This document shows, piece after piece, positions 39,489-49,676 of a stretch of 64,000 nt of DNA. Source of the stretch: an uncultured delta proteobacterium (lineage in GTDB: Bacteria > Desulfobacterota > Syntrophia > Syntrophales > Smithellaceae); the NCBI GenBank assembly GCA_963753975.1, contig CAVWEH010000005.1, positions 64,001-128,000 on the forward strand, read 5' to 3'. The notes under the pieces were generated by a model, which worked only from the letters and a program-made list of their open reading frames with translations, did not search any database and was not told the DNA's origin. Positions within the stretch are counted from its first letter, which is position 1, and each line of letters begins with the position of its first letter. The translations under genes and the position numbers were made by a program.

Positions 39489-39941
39489 TTAAATACTGCT
39501 CTGCTCTTTCTCCTCCGCCCTTGCTGATTGCAGAGTATTCAGCGCCTTTAAAATTTCGGTCAGTTTATCGTCCTCGATACGCGTAAGAGCAACTTGCAGC
39601 TCCTCTATCTCTTTCTTGGCTTCAATATTGGTTCTGTAATCCTCGAACGCCTGATACCGGTCACGTTCCGCCTGCCGGTTTTGGGCCATCATGATGACCG
39701 GCGCTGCATAGGCCGCCAGAACCGAGAAAAGCAGGTTCAACAAAATGAAAGGATAAGGGTCCCAGTGATAAATCCAGCCGATGATATTCAGAATTATCCA
39801 GATTATAATCAGAACTGTCTGAAAAATGATGAAAGTCCATGACCCCATGCCAACCGTGAGCTTGTCAGCCAGCACTTGGCCGAGGGTCAGGGTTTCCCGG
39901 TGTTTCCCATGCCAGGTTTCAGGATCAACTGAACCGTTCAT
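39489..39941 (-). CDS. DUF1003 membrane protein
   Basis: MGSWTFI, DPYPFILLNL and APVIMMAQNRQ motifs. Confidence 0.9.
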   Translation of the reverse strand: MNGSVDPETWHGKHRETLTLGQVLADKLTVGMGSWTFIIFQTVLIIIWIILNIIGWIYHWDPYPFILLNLLFSVLAAYAAPVIMMAQNRQAERDRYQAFEDYRTNIEAKKEIEELQVALTRIEDDKLTEILKALNTLQSARAEEKEQSSI

Positions 39942-40238
39942 TCATACCTCCTTTTTGCTGTCGTGGATATAATTTTTTTGATTGCGGATTATATTGGCGT
40001 CGTTATTGTTTGTCAAGGCGAGATGGACTGCGAGATGATTATTATCATTTAAAAAGCAGATGTCATTTTCAAAGTACTTTGAACAGAATACCGGTAAGAA
40101 TGAATGCGCTGTGAAACCCAAAGATGAAGATATGGCTTATTATTTTTCGTTTAATATTTTCATTTAATCTGCTTGACAGGTTTTTTATTTTTGTTAAAGA
40201 ATAGGCATTATTTCAAAAAAACCTTGAGGAGGATACAT

Positions 40239-41006
40239 ATGGGCTATAATAATATTATCGTGTCAACGAAGGATTTCGTAAGCACTATCACGCTCAACCG
40301 CCCGCCGACAAACTCTGTAAACCTCGGCATTCGCGAAGAACTGAACCAGGCTATCACTGAACTGGAAAATAGCAAGGATACCAGGGTTGTGATAATCACC
40401 GGCGCCGGAGAAAAAGGCTTCTGTGCCGGAATGGATGTGAGCGATATCGCGAACATTACCAAAGGGCCTAACGGCAACGATGTTTTAAACCGCATCGAAC
40501 GTTCCGCTAAGCCGTTTATCGCCGCTATAAACGGATACGCTCTGGGTGGTGGATGTGAAATCGCCATGGCCTGCCATTTCCGCTTCATGACGGACAATCC
40601 CAAAGCCCTCATTGGATGCCCGGAAGTAAATCTCGGCATCACACCCGGCTGGGGCGGCATACAGCGTCTGCCGAGGATTTTGGGCAAATCCAAGGCATTG
40701 GATATGATTCTTTTCAGTAAAAGGCTTAGATCGCCGGAAGCACTGGCCATCGGTCTGGTGGACAAGGTTTTTCCTGCTGCCGATTTAATTAAAGAAACAA
40801 CGGCTTATGCAGTAGCACTATCCAAGAGGGCGCCGCTTGCTGTAAGCGCGACGCTACAGGGAATGAGTGTGGGCCTCGAAAAAGGCCTGGAAGAAGGTCT
40901 GCGCATTGACCGGGAGTGGTCAAGCAAATTGGGCAAGAGTAAGGATGCTGCAGAAGGATTTACCGCATTTTTTGAAAAGCGCGAACCGGTATTCAAGGGA
41001 GAATAA
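40239..41006 (+). CDS. Enoyl-CoA hydratase/isomerase
   Basis: FCAGMD, ALGGGCE and PEVNLGITPGWGG motifs. Confidence 0.93.
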   Translation: MGYNNIIVSTKDFVSTITLNRPPTNSVNLGIREELNQAITELENSKDTRVVIITGAGEKGFCAGMDVSDIANITKGPNGNDVLNRIERSAKPFIAAINGYALGGGCEIAMACHFRFMTDNPKALIGCPEVNLGITPGWGGIQRLPRILGKSKALDMILFSKRLRSPEALAIGLVDKVFPAADLIKETTAYAVALSKRAPLAVSATLQGMSVGLEKGLEEGLRIDREWSSKLGKSKDAAEGFTAFFEKREPVFKGE

Positions 41007-41258
41007 CGGCTGGCGGCTTTTGGAATAAATTGTGTTACTTTTGCACCTCCGTTCTCTCCTGAAAAAGAGGGGACGGAGGTTGTGTGCGTTATTAGCTTGC
41101 GTTTAATCTCTCTGATAAATTCCGAGTAACTTTTATTCACTTTAGAAAAAGAACAAAAAAATCCGTCAAAACTTTTTGATTGAATTATACTCAATTTTCC
41201 AAAAATGGAATCATGGATATAAAAATTTAAAATCATAGACCAGGAAGGAGAAGTAAAA

Positions 41259-42443
41259 ATGAAAGAAATTGTTATTGTCGCCGGTGTTCGAACCGCTGTC
41301 GGCCGTATGGGAGGAACAATCGCACGTTACCGGCCGGAGGAATTAGGTGCTTTTGCCTTAAGGGGGCTTGTAGACAAAACCGGAATCGATCCTAATATCA
41401 TCGAAGATGTAGTGATGGGACTTTCCAATTCCTGGCATTCAGCCTACAACCCGGCCCGGTGGGCCGTTCTCAAGGCGGGGTTTCCTTACAGTCTTCCGGG
41501 TGTAACGGTGGAACGCCAATGTTCTTCGGGATTGCAAGCAATCAATTTCGCGGCCACTCAAATTATGGCCGGCCTCGGCGATATTTATATCGCCGGAGGC
41601 ATGGAAAGCTGGAGCCAGTGCCCCTGGATGATCGGCCGGGCCAGCGAAGCCTACAGCATGACTCCGCCGAGAATCCTGCCGCGGGAAACAGCGCCGACGC
41701 CGGAAGATCAGATGGTCATGGGTATGACTGCCGAAAACCTCGTCGTTAAATACAAAGTCACCCGTGAGGAGCAAGACGCCTTCGGCCTGAGAAGTCAGGA
41801 GAGGGCTCTCAAAGCGATAAAGGCGGGATATTTTAAGGATGAGATTATTCCCATCACGGTTCCGCAGAAAAAGGGCGAGATTGTCTTTGATACGGATGAA
41901 CATCCACGGGAAACGAGCATGGAAAAGCTCCGGGCCCTGCCGCCTGCTTTCAAGAAGGATGGAACGGTCACGGCTGGCTCCTCGTCCGGCCGCAACGACG
42001 CTGCTGCTGCGGTTTTAGTCATGACCATGGAAAAGGCCAAAGAACTCGGTTACAAACCGCTCGCCCGCTGGGTTACATGCGGAGTGGCCGGCGTTGACCC
42101 CAAAATCATGGGAATCGGCCCGGCTTACGCAATGCCCAAGGCATTGAAACGGGCAGGTCTGAAAATGACGGATATGGATGTCATCGAAATTAACGAGGCT
42201 TTTGCTGCTCAAGTCATTGCCTGCGTCAAAGAGTTGAAAACACAGGGGCATCCCATTGCTGATGAAAAACTCAATCCTAACGGCGGGGCGATTGCCTTCG
42301 GTCATCCCAATGGTATGAGCGGGACACGTATTGCAATATTCGCCATCAACGAGTTGAAGCGGCGCAAAGGAAAATACGCCATCGCTTCTCTCTGCATCGG
42401 CGGCGGTCAGGGTTTGGCCACGATTTTCGAGAGGCTTTCCTGA
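41259..42443 (+). CDS. Acetyl-CoA C-acyltransferase (thiolase)
   Basis: RQCSSG, NEAFA, GHPNG and CIGGGQG motifs. Confidence 0.95.
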   Translation: MKEIVIVAGVRTAVGRMGGTIARYRPEELGAFALRGLVDKTGIDPNIIEDVVMGLSNSWHSAYNPARWAVLKAGFPYSLPGVTVERQCSSGLQAINFAATQIMAGLGDIYIAGGMESWSQCPWMIGRASEAYSMTPPRILPRETAPTPEDQMVMGMTAENLVVKYKVTREEQDAFGLRSQERALKAIKAGYFKDEIIPITVPQKKGEIVFDTDEHPRETSMEKLRALPPAFKKDGTVTAGSSSGRNDAAAAVLVMTMEKAKELGYKPLARWVTCGVAGVDPKIMGIGPAYAMPKALKRAGLKMTDMDVIEINEAFAAQVIACVKELKTQGHPIADEKLNPNGGAIAFGHPNGMSGTRIAIFAINELKRRKGKYAIASLCIGGGQGLATIFERLS

Positions 42444-42535
42444 AAATCTACCTGAACCATGTAAAGACGATCAGTAGTGTATCGTTGATATCGGAACCGA
42501 TACATTTACTGTGATAATAATTTACAAAAACGATG

Positions 42536-42574
42536 TTTAATGCTCCCCGCGGATTTGTCGCGGGGAGCATTAAA
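42536..42574. terminator. Hairpin terminator between convergent genes
   Basis: TTTAATGCTCCCCGC..GCGGGGAGCATTAAA. Confidence 0.75.
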
Positions 42575-42580
42575 TCTATT

Positions 42581-43039
42581 TTAGAAGAATAACATGGACA
42601 GCGCTTCGGCTATGCATGCCGGTTTATCCTGACCTTTGATTTCAATTGTGTGGGTAGTGATCATGAGGATTCTGCCGGGCCCTTTTTCTTCCACGGCGGA
42701 GATAACCATCCGGGAGCGCACCTGTGAACCAACCGGAACGGGATTGATGAAGCGTACCTTGTTCAGGCCGTAATTAATCCCCATCTTCAGGCCTTCCGGC
42801 AGATATTTAGCCGATTTACTGAATATCGGAATCAGCGAAAGCGTCAAAAATCCATGGCCGATGGGACCGCCGAAAGGACCCTTCTTCGCTTTTTCGATAT
42901 CCACATGGATCCACTGATGGTCGTCCGTGGCGTCGGCAAACCGGTTGATTCTGTCCTGGTCAATTAACACCCAGTTGCTGATACCGTTTTCCTGGCCGAC
43001 CATTGTTTTTAATTTTTCCGCAGATATTAGTTCAGACAT
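42581..43039 (-). CDS. MaoC-family dehydratase
   Basis: FADATDDHQWIHVD, HGFLTLSL and NYGLNKVRF motifs. Confidence 0.92.
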   Translation of the reverse strand: MSELISAEKLKTMVGQENGISNWVLIDQDRINRFADATDDHQWIHVDIEKAKKGPFGGPIGHGFLTLSLIPIFSKSAKYLPEGLKMGINYGLNKVRFINPVPVGSQVRSRMVISAVEEKGPGRILMITTHTIEIKGQDKPACIAEALSMLFF

Positions 43040-43131
43040 TTTAAAATTCTCCTTTTGTTATATAGATTAATTAATCATAGATAGATAAATCATCAATAAA
43101 AATTATTTGAATCGTTTTTCTTGCAACTAAA

Positions 43132-44106
43132 TTAATAATTCAATACCCAAAGAGGTTTTTCACCCTTCATCACCCGTCCCAAATTATCCAGCGACATGTT
43201 AATAATGCGCATTCCTGATTCCCTGGTAGAGCCGGCTAGATGAGGAGTTAGGATAACATTTTCCAAACCAAAGAGCGGATGATTCGCAGGCGGCGGCTCC
43301 TCGGTAAAGACGTCCACGGCGGCAAAGGCAATTTTCTTGCCGCGTAAAGCCTCCGCCAAAGCGGCTTCATCCACCAACGCCCCGCGTCCCACGTTGATGA
43401 GCACCGCGGTGGATTTCATTAGCGCCAGCTTCGCCGTATCAATAATTTTTGTGGTCTCGGCAGTGAGCGGCAGGTGGAGGCTCACCACATCGGCAGTTTT
43501 CAGAATTTCTTCCATAGACGCGTAAGCGGCATTGTACTTTTTCTCGTCCGCGGCGCTGAGCCTGACAATGTCGTAATAGAGCAGTTTGACTCCGAAGGGC
43601 GCGAGGCGTTCGGCTACGGCGCGGGCTGTGCGGCCCATACCCAAAAGTCCATAGGTTTTGCCGTTCAGTTCGAATACGCCCGTCCTTTGAGCTTCAGTAA
43701 AAAGCCACGCGCCCTGATGAGTTTTGGCGTTATAATAGGGCAGGTTTTTCAGAGAGGCCAAAGCCAGCATTATCGTATGTTCGGCCACGCCGATATCGTT
43801 TGCTCCCGGCGTGTTGGCGACTGGTATACCGAATTCCTTACAGGCATTAATATCAATATGGTTATAACCCACGCTCGGTTGTTGGATGAGCTTGAGTTTC
43901 TTGGCTGCCTTAGCAACCCTGCGGGTGATAGCTGTAGATCCTGTATAGTCACCCAGGAGGATATCAGCATCGGCAATTTCCGCCATAAGCTTTTCCTCAG
44001 TAAATTTATGGACGTCTATAACGGTAAATGGAATTCCCGCAACTTTAGTCTCGATAAGGCTTTTCAAGCCGGTGCCGGACAGGGGGGCGGTATTGAGTAT
44101 TTTCAT
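43132..44106 (-). CDS. D-isomer-specific 2-hydroxyacid dehydrogenase
   Basis: GLLGMG, INVGRG, DVFTEEP and TPHLAG motifs. Confidence 0.92.
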   Translation of the reverse strand: MKILNTAPLSGTGLKSLIETKVAGIPFTVIDVHKFTEEKLMAEIADADILLGDYTGSTAITRRVAKAAKKLKLIQQPSVGYNHIDINACKEFGIPVANTPGANDIGVAEHTIMLALASLKNLPYYNAKTHQGAWLFTEAQRTGVFELNGKTYGLLGMGRTARAVAERLAPFGVKLLYYDIVRLSAADEKKYNAAYASMEEILKTADVVSLHLPLTAETTKIIDTAKLALMKSTAVLINVGRGALVDEAALAEALRGKKIAFAAVDVFTEEPPPANHPLFGLENVILTPHLAGSTRESGMRIINMSLDNLGRVMKGEKPLWVLNY

Positions 44107-44383
44107 ATATCCTCTTCAATTTTCTTATTCATGAGGCTAAAATTTCAAAAACGAAATGCATCAGGATACACCTTGGCCATGAACCATCTTTTACTTTCCC
44201 TAAACCATTGACAATTGAATGTCAATATGTGAGAATTTTTTTACTGCTATTCGGCGTGCACCGAACTGTTTAGATAAAGGGTGAGTAAATCTTTCGGTGA
44301 AAGACGCTTAGCAAAAAGATCTTATCACACATAAAAATGAATTATAATACCTAAAACAAGTTTTTACTCATCTGAGGAATACT

Positions 44384-45937
44384 ATGAACGGTGCGGAGAT
44401 AATTTTGCAGACGGCCAGAGACGACGGAGTCGAAATATGTTTTGCCAACGCGGGAACAACCGAGTTGCCGTTGGTGGCGGCATTTGATACTGTAAGCGGC
44501 ATTCGCCCTGTCCTTGGCCTTTTTGAGGGTGTTTGCACGGGAGCAGCCGACGGCTATGGCCGGATGACACAGACACCTGCCATGACCTTGCTGCATCTTG
44601 GCCCGGGATTTGCCAACGGCATTGCCAATCTGCACAACGCCCGCCGCGCGCGGACACCGATTTTCAACATCATCGGCCAACATGCTTCCTGGCATCTGGC
44701 GGCGGATCCTCCTTTAAATATGGATATCGCCTCGCTCGCAAAAACAGTATCCGGATGGCAGAGAAAGAGTCGTTCTGTAAATGCATTGGCGCAGGATACG
44801 GCAGATGCGGTGGCCGCATCGCTTTATGGACAGATATCCACGATCATCGTTCCCACAGATTATCAGTGGTCCGAGTACGAAGGGAAAAGTGTTAAAATGC
44901 CGCATTTTGAATTTGCTGGGGCTGATCAAAAGAAAATTGAAGCAGCCGCAAAACTGCTGAAAAAATCAACCAAACCGGCGCTAATCCTGGGCGGGCGGGC
45001 ATTGCGCAAACCAGGCCTCGCCACAGCGGCAAAAATCAAAGCGGCCACGGGTTGTGATCTTTTGATGGTCACCTTCCCGGCTTATTTTGACAGCGGCGAA
45101 GGTTTCCCGTTATTAAAACGCATTCCCTATTTTCCCGAACAGGCATCAGCCCTGCTGGGTAAATATGACTCGTTTATTCTGGCTGGAGCCGAAGAGCCGG
45201 TTGCCTTTTTCGGATACAAAGGGGGGAAGAGTCATTATCTCGCCGACAGCCAGAAATGGGTTAGGATTGATACGGAAAAACAGGATGCGACCGCCGCGCT
45301 TCTTGCCCTGGCCGAAGATTTAAGCGCTTCCTTAAGTAAGATTAATGTCCATTCTATACTGGCAAAATATGAATTGCCGGAAATCCCTTCCGGAGCATTA
45401 GACTCCCGGAAATTATGCGCAGTGATTGCCGCTCTGCAGCCGGACAATTGTATTATTGTAGATGAAGGCGTTACTTCGTCAGCGCCATACTATTCATTAG
45501 CTCCGATGCTAAAACCTTACAGCCATCTTACTCTGACCGGCGGCGCAATAGGACAAGGTATGCCCTGCGCCCTGGGAGCGGCACTGGCCTGTCCCGACAG
45601 AAAAGTGATCAATATCGAGGCCGACGGAAGCGCCATGTACACTGTGCAGGCTCTGTGGTCGCAAGCTCATGAAAAAGCAAATGTGATTACCCTGATTTGC
45701 TCGAATCGCAAATATTTTACGATTGAATATGAATGCTTGAGGGCCGGATATTCGTCTTTAGGGAAAGAAGCCAAAGCCCTAATAAATCTGGATAATCCTC
45801 CGCTTGATTGGGTTAAACTCGGCCACGGAATGAATGTTTCCGCCGTATCCGTGAATACCGCGGAAGAATTAGCGAAAGAATTGAAAGCGGCTTTGAATGA
45901 ATCCGGTCCCCACTTAATTGAAGCCGTTCTCGGGTAA
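44384..45937 (+). CDS. Thiamine-diphosphate enzyme (acetolactate synthase large subunit-like / decarboxylase)
   Basis: ANAGTTE, GAADGYGR, LHLGPG and ADGSAMY..N motifs. Confidence 0.88.
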   Translation: MNGAEIILQTARDDGVEICFANAGTTELPLVAAFDTVSGIRPVLGLFEGVCTGAADGYGRMTQTPAMTLLHLGPGFANGIANLHNARRARTPIFNIIGQHASWHLAADPPLNMDIASLAKTVSGWQRKSRSVNALAQDTADAVAASLYGQISTIIVPTDYQWSEYEGKSVKMPHFEFAGADQKKIEAAAKLLKKSTKPALILGGRALRKPGLATAAKIKAATGCDLLMVTFPAYFDSGEGFPLLKRIPYFPEQASALLGKYDSFILAGAEEPVAFFGYKGGKSHYLADSQKWVRIDTEKQDATAALLALAEDLSASLSKINVHSILAKYELPEIPSGALDSRKLCAVIAALQPDNCIIVDEGVTSSAPYYSLAPMLKPYSHLTLTGGAIGQGMPCALGAALACPDRKVINIEADGSAMYTVQALWSQAHEKANVITLICSNRKYFTIEYECLRAGYSSLGKEAKALINLDNPPLDWVKLGHGMNVSAVSVNTAEELAKELKAALNESGPHLIEAVLG

Positions 45938-45962
45938 TAACAACCGAAGGAGGAATCAACCA

Positions 45963-46961
45963 ATGTCACTTCCCGCCAACATGAAATATATTGACCATGG
46001 CCAGGGCGGCCCGGCCTCGAGCCTTAAGGTAAAAGAGGGACCCCTGCCGCAGCTCCAATCCGGCGAGGTATTGATCGAAGTCGCTTACGCCGGAGTGAAC
46101 CGGCCTGATTTATTGCAGCGTGCCGGAGCTTATCCTCCCCCTGCCGGAGCTTCGCCTGTTTTGGGGTTAGAAGTGGCCGGAAAGATAGTTGACAAAGCTA
46201 TCGATGTTAAACAATGGAAAATAGACGATGTAGTCTGTGCGCTCACGCCGGGCGGCGGCTATGCCGAATATTGCGCGGCACCATCTTCTAATTGTCTGCC
46301 GATTCCTAAGGGTCTTTCGCTTGCCGAAGCGGCGGCATTGCCGGAAAATTATTTCACCGTTTGGACAAACGTGTTCGATCGCGGTCGTCTCACCGCAGGA
46401 GAAAAATTTCTTGTGCATGGCGGTGCGGGCGGCATCGGCATTACGGCGATTCAACTGGCCAAAGCCTTCGGCGCAAAGGTTTATACGACTGTCACCGGCA
46501 CGGACAAAATTGACGCAGTTAAAAAGCTCGGTGCCGATGAGGCAATTGATTACAAGAAGCAGGATTGGTATCAAGAAATACGCAAGCTCGCCGGAAAGCA
46601 GGGCTTGGACTGCATCCTGGATATGGTCGGCGGAGAATACATCGGAAAAAATCTTAAGCTTCTTACAACCAACGGAAGACTGGTGCAAATTGCCTTCATG
46701 CAAGGCTCCAAGGTCGAACTCGACTGCCTGCCCATTTTAACCAGAAGTCTGACCTTTACCGGTTCAACACTGCGGCCGCGGTCGATCGAAGAAAAAGCGG
46801 CCATCGCGCAAGCACTCTTGAAAAATGTCTGGCCGCTTCTGGAAGCCAAGAAAGTGGGCACTTTAATCTACAAAGTTTATCCTCTTCAGGAAGCTCGAAA
46901 AGCGCATGAGCTAATGGAATCTTCCGCCCATATTGGCAAAATAGTGCTGAAAGTAATATGA
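45963..46961 (+). CDS. NAD(P)H-quinone oxidoreductase, PIG3 family
   Basis: GVNRPD..GAYPPP, HGGAGGIG and HIGKIVL motifs. Confidence 0.92.
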   Translation: MSLPANMKYIDHGQGGPASSLKVKEGPLPQLQSGEVLIEVAYAGVNRPDLLQRAGAYPPPAGASPVLGLEVAGKIVDKAIDVKQWKIDDVVCALTPGGGYAEYCAAPSSNCLPIPKGLSLAEAAALPENYFTVWTNVFDRGRLTAGEKFLVHGGAGGIGITAIQLAKAFGAKVYTTVTGTDKIDAVKKLGADEAIDYKKQDWYQEIRKLAGKQGLDCILDMVGGEYIGKNLKLLTTNGRLVQIAFMQGSKVELDCLPILTRSLTFTGSTLRPRSIEEKAAIAQALLKNVWPLLEAKKVGTLIYKVYPLQEARKAHELMESSAHIGKIVLKVI

Positions 46962-47815
46962 GCAAAACCGGCAAATCAGCGTTGGTCGTGGAAGGTGGAG
47001 GGATGAGGAGCATCTTTGCCGCGGGAGTTCTTCATGCCTTTGGCGAGGCCGGTTTTGATCCTTTCGATTTATATATTGGCGTTTCCGCAGGCGCTTGCCA
47101 CCTGGCTTCTCATTTAGCCGGTCAGAATAACCGGAATTTCGATATCACTCTTCAATACTCACTGACATCCGATTTCATCAATATTAGACGATTTCTCAGC
47201 GGTGGCCATTTGATGGATCTGGATTGGATGTGGAAACAAACCATCGCCAACTACCGGCTTAATCTCGCCTGCTTATTTAGCAGATTACGCACACAGAATA
47301 AGGAATATATTGTCGTTGCCACGTCAATGGAAACAGGCAATGCTCTTTATTTACGGCCCGATGAAAATACCTTGGAACACTACTTAAAAGTTTCCAGTTC
47401 CATACCAATCTTTTACCGGAACATTCTGGAAGTAGAAGGCGAAAAGGCTACGGACGGCGGCATTGCCGATGCTATCCCGGTGCGGGAAGCGAACAGGCGC
47501 GGCGCAACCGAGATCACAGTCATCCGTTCGCGTCCAACGGACTATGTCAAGAAACAGAGCCCGTTCACCTTTATTTTGTCTATTTATTTTAGAAAATATC
47601 CGCAGCTTGTGGAAAAATTCAGAAAGCGGGCGCGTAACTACATGGCTTCCGTGGATTTCATCCATCACCCGCCGGAAGGTGTCCGGATAACTGAACTTGC
47701 CCCGCCTAATGGCACAGGCATCGGCAGGACGACGCAAAATGAAACCGTACTCAGAGCTACCTACCAAATAGGCATTGATTCCGGCAACAGGTTCTTAAAA
47801 AAGAAACCGAAATAG
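46958..47815 (+). CDS. Patatin-like phospholipase
   Basis: EGGGMR, GVSAG and DGG motifs. Confidence 0.92.
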   Translation: MSKTGKSALVVEGGGMRSIFAAGVLHAFGEAGFDPFDLYIGVSAGACHLASHLAGQNNRNFDITLQYSLTSDFINIRRFLSGGHLMDLDWMWKQTIANYRLNLACLFSRLRTQNKEYIVVATSMETGNALYLRPDENTLEHYLKVSSSIPIFYRNILEVEGEKATDGGIADAIPVREANRRGATEITVIRSRPTDYVKKQSPFTFILSIYFRKYPQLVEKFRKRARNYMASVDFIHHPPEGVRITELAPPNGTGIGRTTQNETVLRATYQIGIDSGNRFLKKKPK

Positions 47816-47918
47816 CTTAACTTCTGATTCAGCCCCCTTCTTTACTTCATGAACGCGATCTTCTCCATAATGTGTCAAGTCCCGATAACGGTAATGAGGC
47901 ACAGATTAAAGAGAACCA

Positions 47919-48782
47919 TTAAGATAAAACTACTTCGTCAAAGGTACCGTCGGCAAAATCCAAAAAAATAAGACGGTTTCTTATCGGGCTTCCGATCCCG
48001 GTGATTATTTTGATTGCTTCCTGCGCTTCCCAGGCGGCGATTACCGCCGGCGTCGCCGCGGGATTGCCCGTCCGAGCTTCTATTCCGCAGACGTTTTCTT
48101 TAGCGGAGGAGCCGCAGAGAGCATCAAATCCTTTATCCCCCGGAAAGACGGTCAACAGCTCCCCGCACCAACCCGCTATCGCACCATGAACAAAGGGAAT
48201 ATTTAGTTTCTCGCAGGCACCGGCAACAATCCGGCGGGTCGGCAGATTATCCAACCCGTCGATTACAACATTGGCATCTTTTATCAATTTCTCAGCATTC
48301 CGCGAATCGATTTTTTTGTTGATGGCGGTAACTGTTACGGCGGAATTGATTTTTCTTACCCGGGCCGCTGCAACTTGCACCTTGGATTTGCTCAGATCAC
48401 TCTCTGTGACCATTATTTGTCTGTTGAGATTGTTTTCCGTAAACTTGTCATTATCTATGATTACCAACTGACCGATTCCCTGCCGGGCGAGCAATTCTAT
48501 TATCGTTCCCCCCAGGCCGCCTACACCGCAGACGACAACCGTGGAGCGAAGCAGTTTTAACTGCCCCTCTATGCCAATTGTTCCGATGTTACGTATGTAC
48601 CTAATGGGAATTATATTTTGTTTAAGACAGGAAATTTCGATCTCCCGCGAGGGAATTCTTCTTCTAGAGGAAATAAAGCGAACGCTCTTCAGGTCAATAA
48701 CCCGTTTTTTTTTCTTGTCGGGCAACGTCCAACTTTTGCACAGCCCGCGAATCAAATTATCGATGGATTGACCTGTAGCCAT
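47919..48782 (-). CDS. ThiF/MoeB/HesA family adenylyltransferase
   Basis: RYIRN, GVGGLG, NLNRQ and DGLDN motifs. Confidence 0.9.
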   Translation of the reverse strand: MATGQSIDNLIRGLCKSWTLPDKKKKRVIDLKSVRFISSRRRIPSREIEISCLKQNIIPIRYIRNIGTIGIEGQLKLLRSTVVVCGVGGLGGTIIELLARQGIGQLVIIDNDKFTENNLNRQIMVTESDLSKSKVQVAAARVRKINSAVTVTAINKKIDSRNAEKLIKDANVVIDGLDNLPTRRIVAGACEKLNIPFVHGAIAGWCGELLTVFPGDKGFDALCGSSAKENVCGIEARTGNPAATPAVIAAWEAQEAIKIITGIGSPIRNRLIFLDFADGTFDEVVLS

Positions 48783-48831
48783 ATCGCTAATGAATTCAAA
48801 AAAATTGAAAATTCCGGTTCAGCCGTCTTTT

Positions 48832-48942
48832 ACCCCGTCAGAGAAAGCCCCCAACTCCTGTTGGGGGTTAAAGTCCTGTAAGACAGACGGCAGTTTGATG
48901 CCGCCCTCTAAAACCGCAAAGCGCCCGTTGCTCTAACGGGGT
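48832..48942 (-). other. 111-bp multi-stem element closed by a 12-bp inverted repeat (MITE/REP-like or cis-regulatory RNA)
   Basis: Minus strand ACCCCGTTAGAG..CTCTGACGGGGT encloses three internal hairpins. Confidence 0.6.
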
Positions 48943-49311
48943 TTACTTTTTTTCCGTAAAAAATGTCGTTGCCCCCGTAAACCAGAGCGCTTGCTTATCA
49001 TCACCTTCGAAAACAAGTTTTCCTTCAAAAAGAGCGTCCATGGATTTATTGAGGTCTTCCGATGCCATGATCTTGAAAGCGGTATCGGCATCCTTCCAGA
49101 CCATAGCCACGTCAAATTGTTTTTGATCACCGCCGGACACCGATGAAAATTTTCCATTGTCGAAAATAAATAATCTTCCCCTTTTACCGTCGGCCGTTTT
49201 AATTAATACTTTTGTTTTTTCTTTTCTAATATATTCCTGGAATTCCGGATTCTTTTTGGATGCGCCTTTAAGCTTGCGATACAGAATAAAAAGCAGCAGC
49301 GTAAATTTCAT
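48943..49311 (-). CDS. Hypothetical protein, SCP2 sterol-binding-like
   Basis: DVAMVWKDADTA..ALFEGKLVFEGD resembles the SCP2 C-terminus. Confidence 0.65.
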   Translation of the reverse strand: MKFTLLLFILYRKLKGASKKNPEFQEYIRKEKTKVLIKTADGKRGRLFIFDNGKFSSVSGGDQKQFDVAMVWKDADTAFKIMASEDLNKSMDALFEGKLVFEGDDKQALWFTGATTFFTEKK

Positions 49312-49327
49312 ATATATACCTCCTTCT

Positions 49328-49612
49328 TCAGCCGCCGGCGACTCGGGGCAAGAGATCGAGCTTGTCGCCGTCCTTAAAATTTATTTTTTTCAATAGCTTT
49401 ATGTTTGTGCCGTTGAGCAGGATATTACTGTTATCCCAAATTGATTGTTTTTTGCCGACTCCCATGGACATAATCTTTTTCTCGAGCACGGGTCCGAATT
49501 TAGTCTCGACAAAGTTTCTGGCTTCGTCAATACTGCCCACATCGGCGGTCACGGTTCGCCTCCCCAGTAAAGTCCGCCATGGTCCGATGAAGTTGATGTT
49601 AATTGCCGGCAA
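49328..49612 (-). CDS. MoaD/ThiS family protein
   Basis: ILLNG..DGDKLDLLPRVAGG C-terminus; TTG start. Confidence 0.85.
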   Translation of the reverse strand: MPAININFIGPWRTLLGRRTVTADVGSIDEARNFVETKFGPVLEKKIMSMGVGKKQSIWDNSNILLNGTNIKLLKKINFKDGDKLDLLPRVAGG

Positions 49613-49676
49613 ATGAGTTACCCATTAATAACGGCATCCCGAGATCCTCTGCTGCCCCGCTAATTCTATGCCGCAG

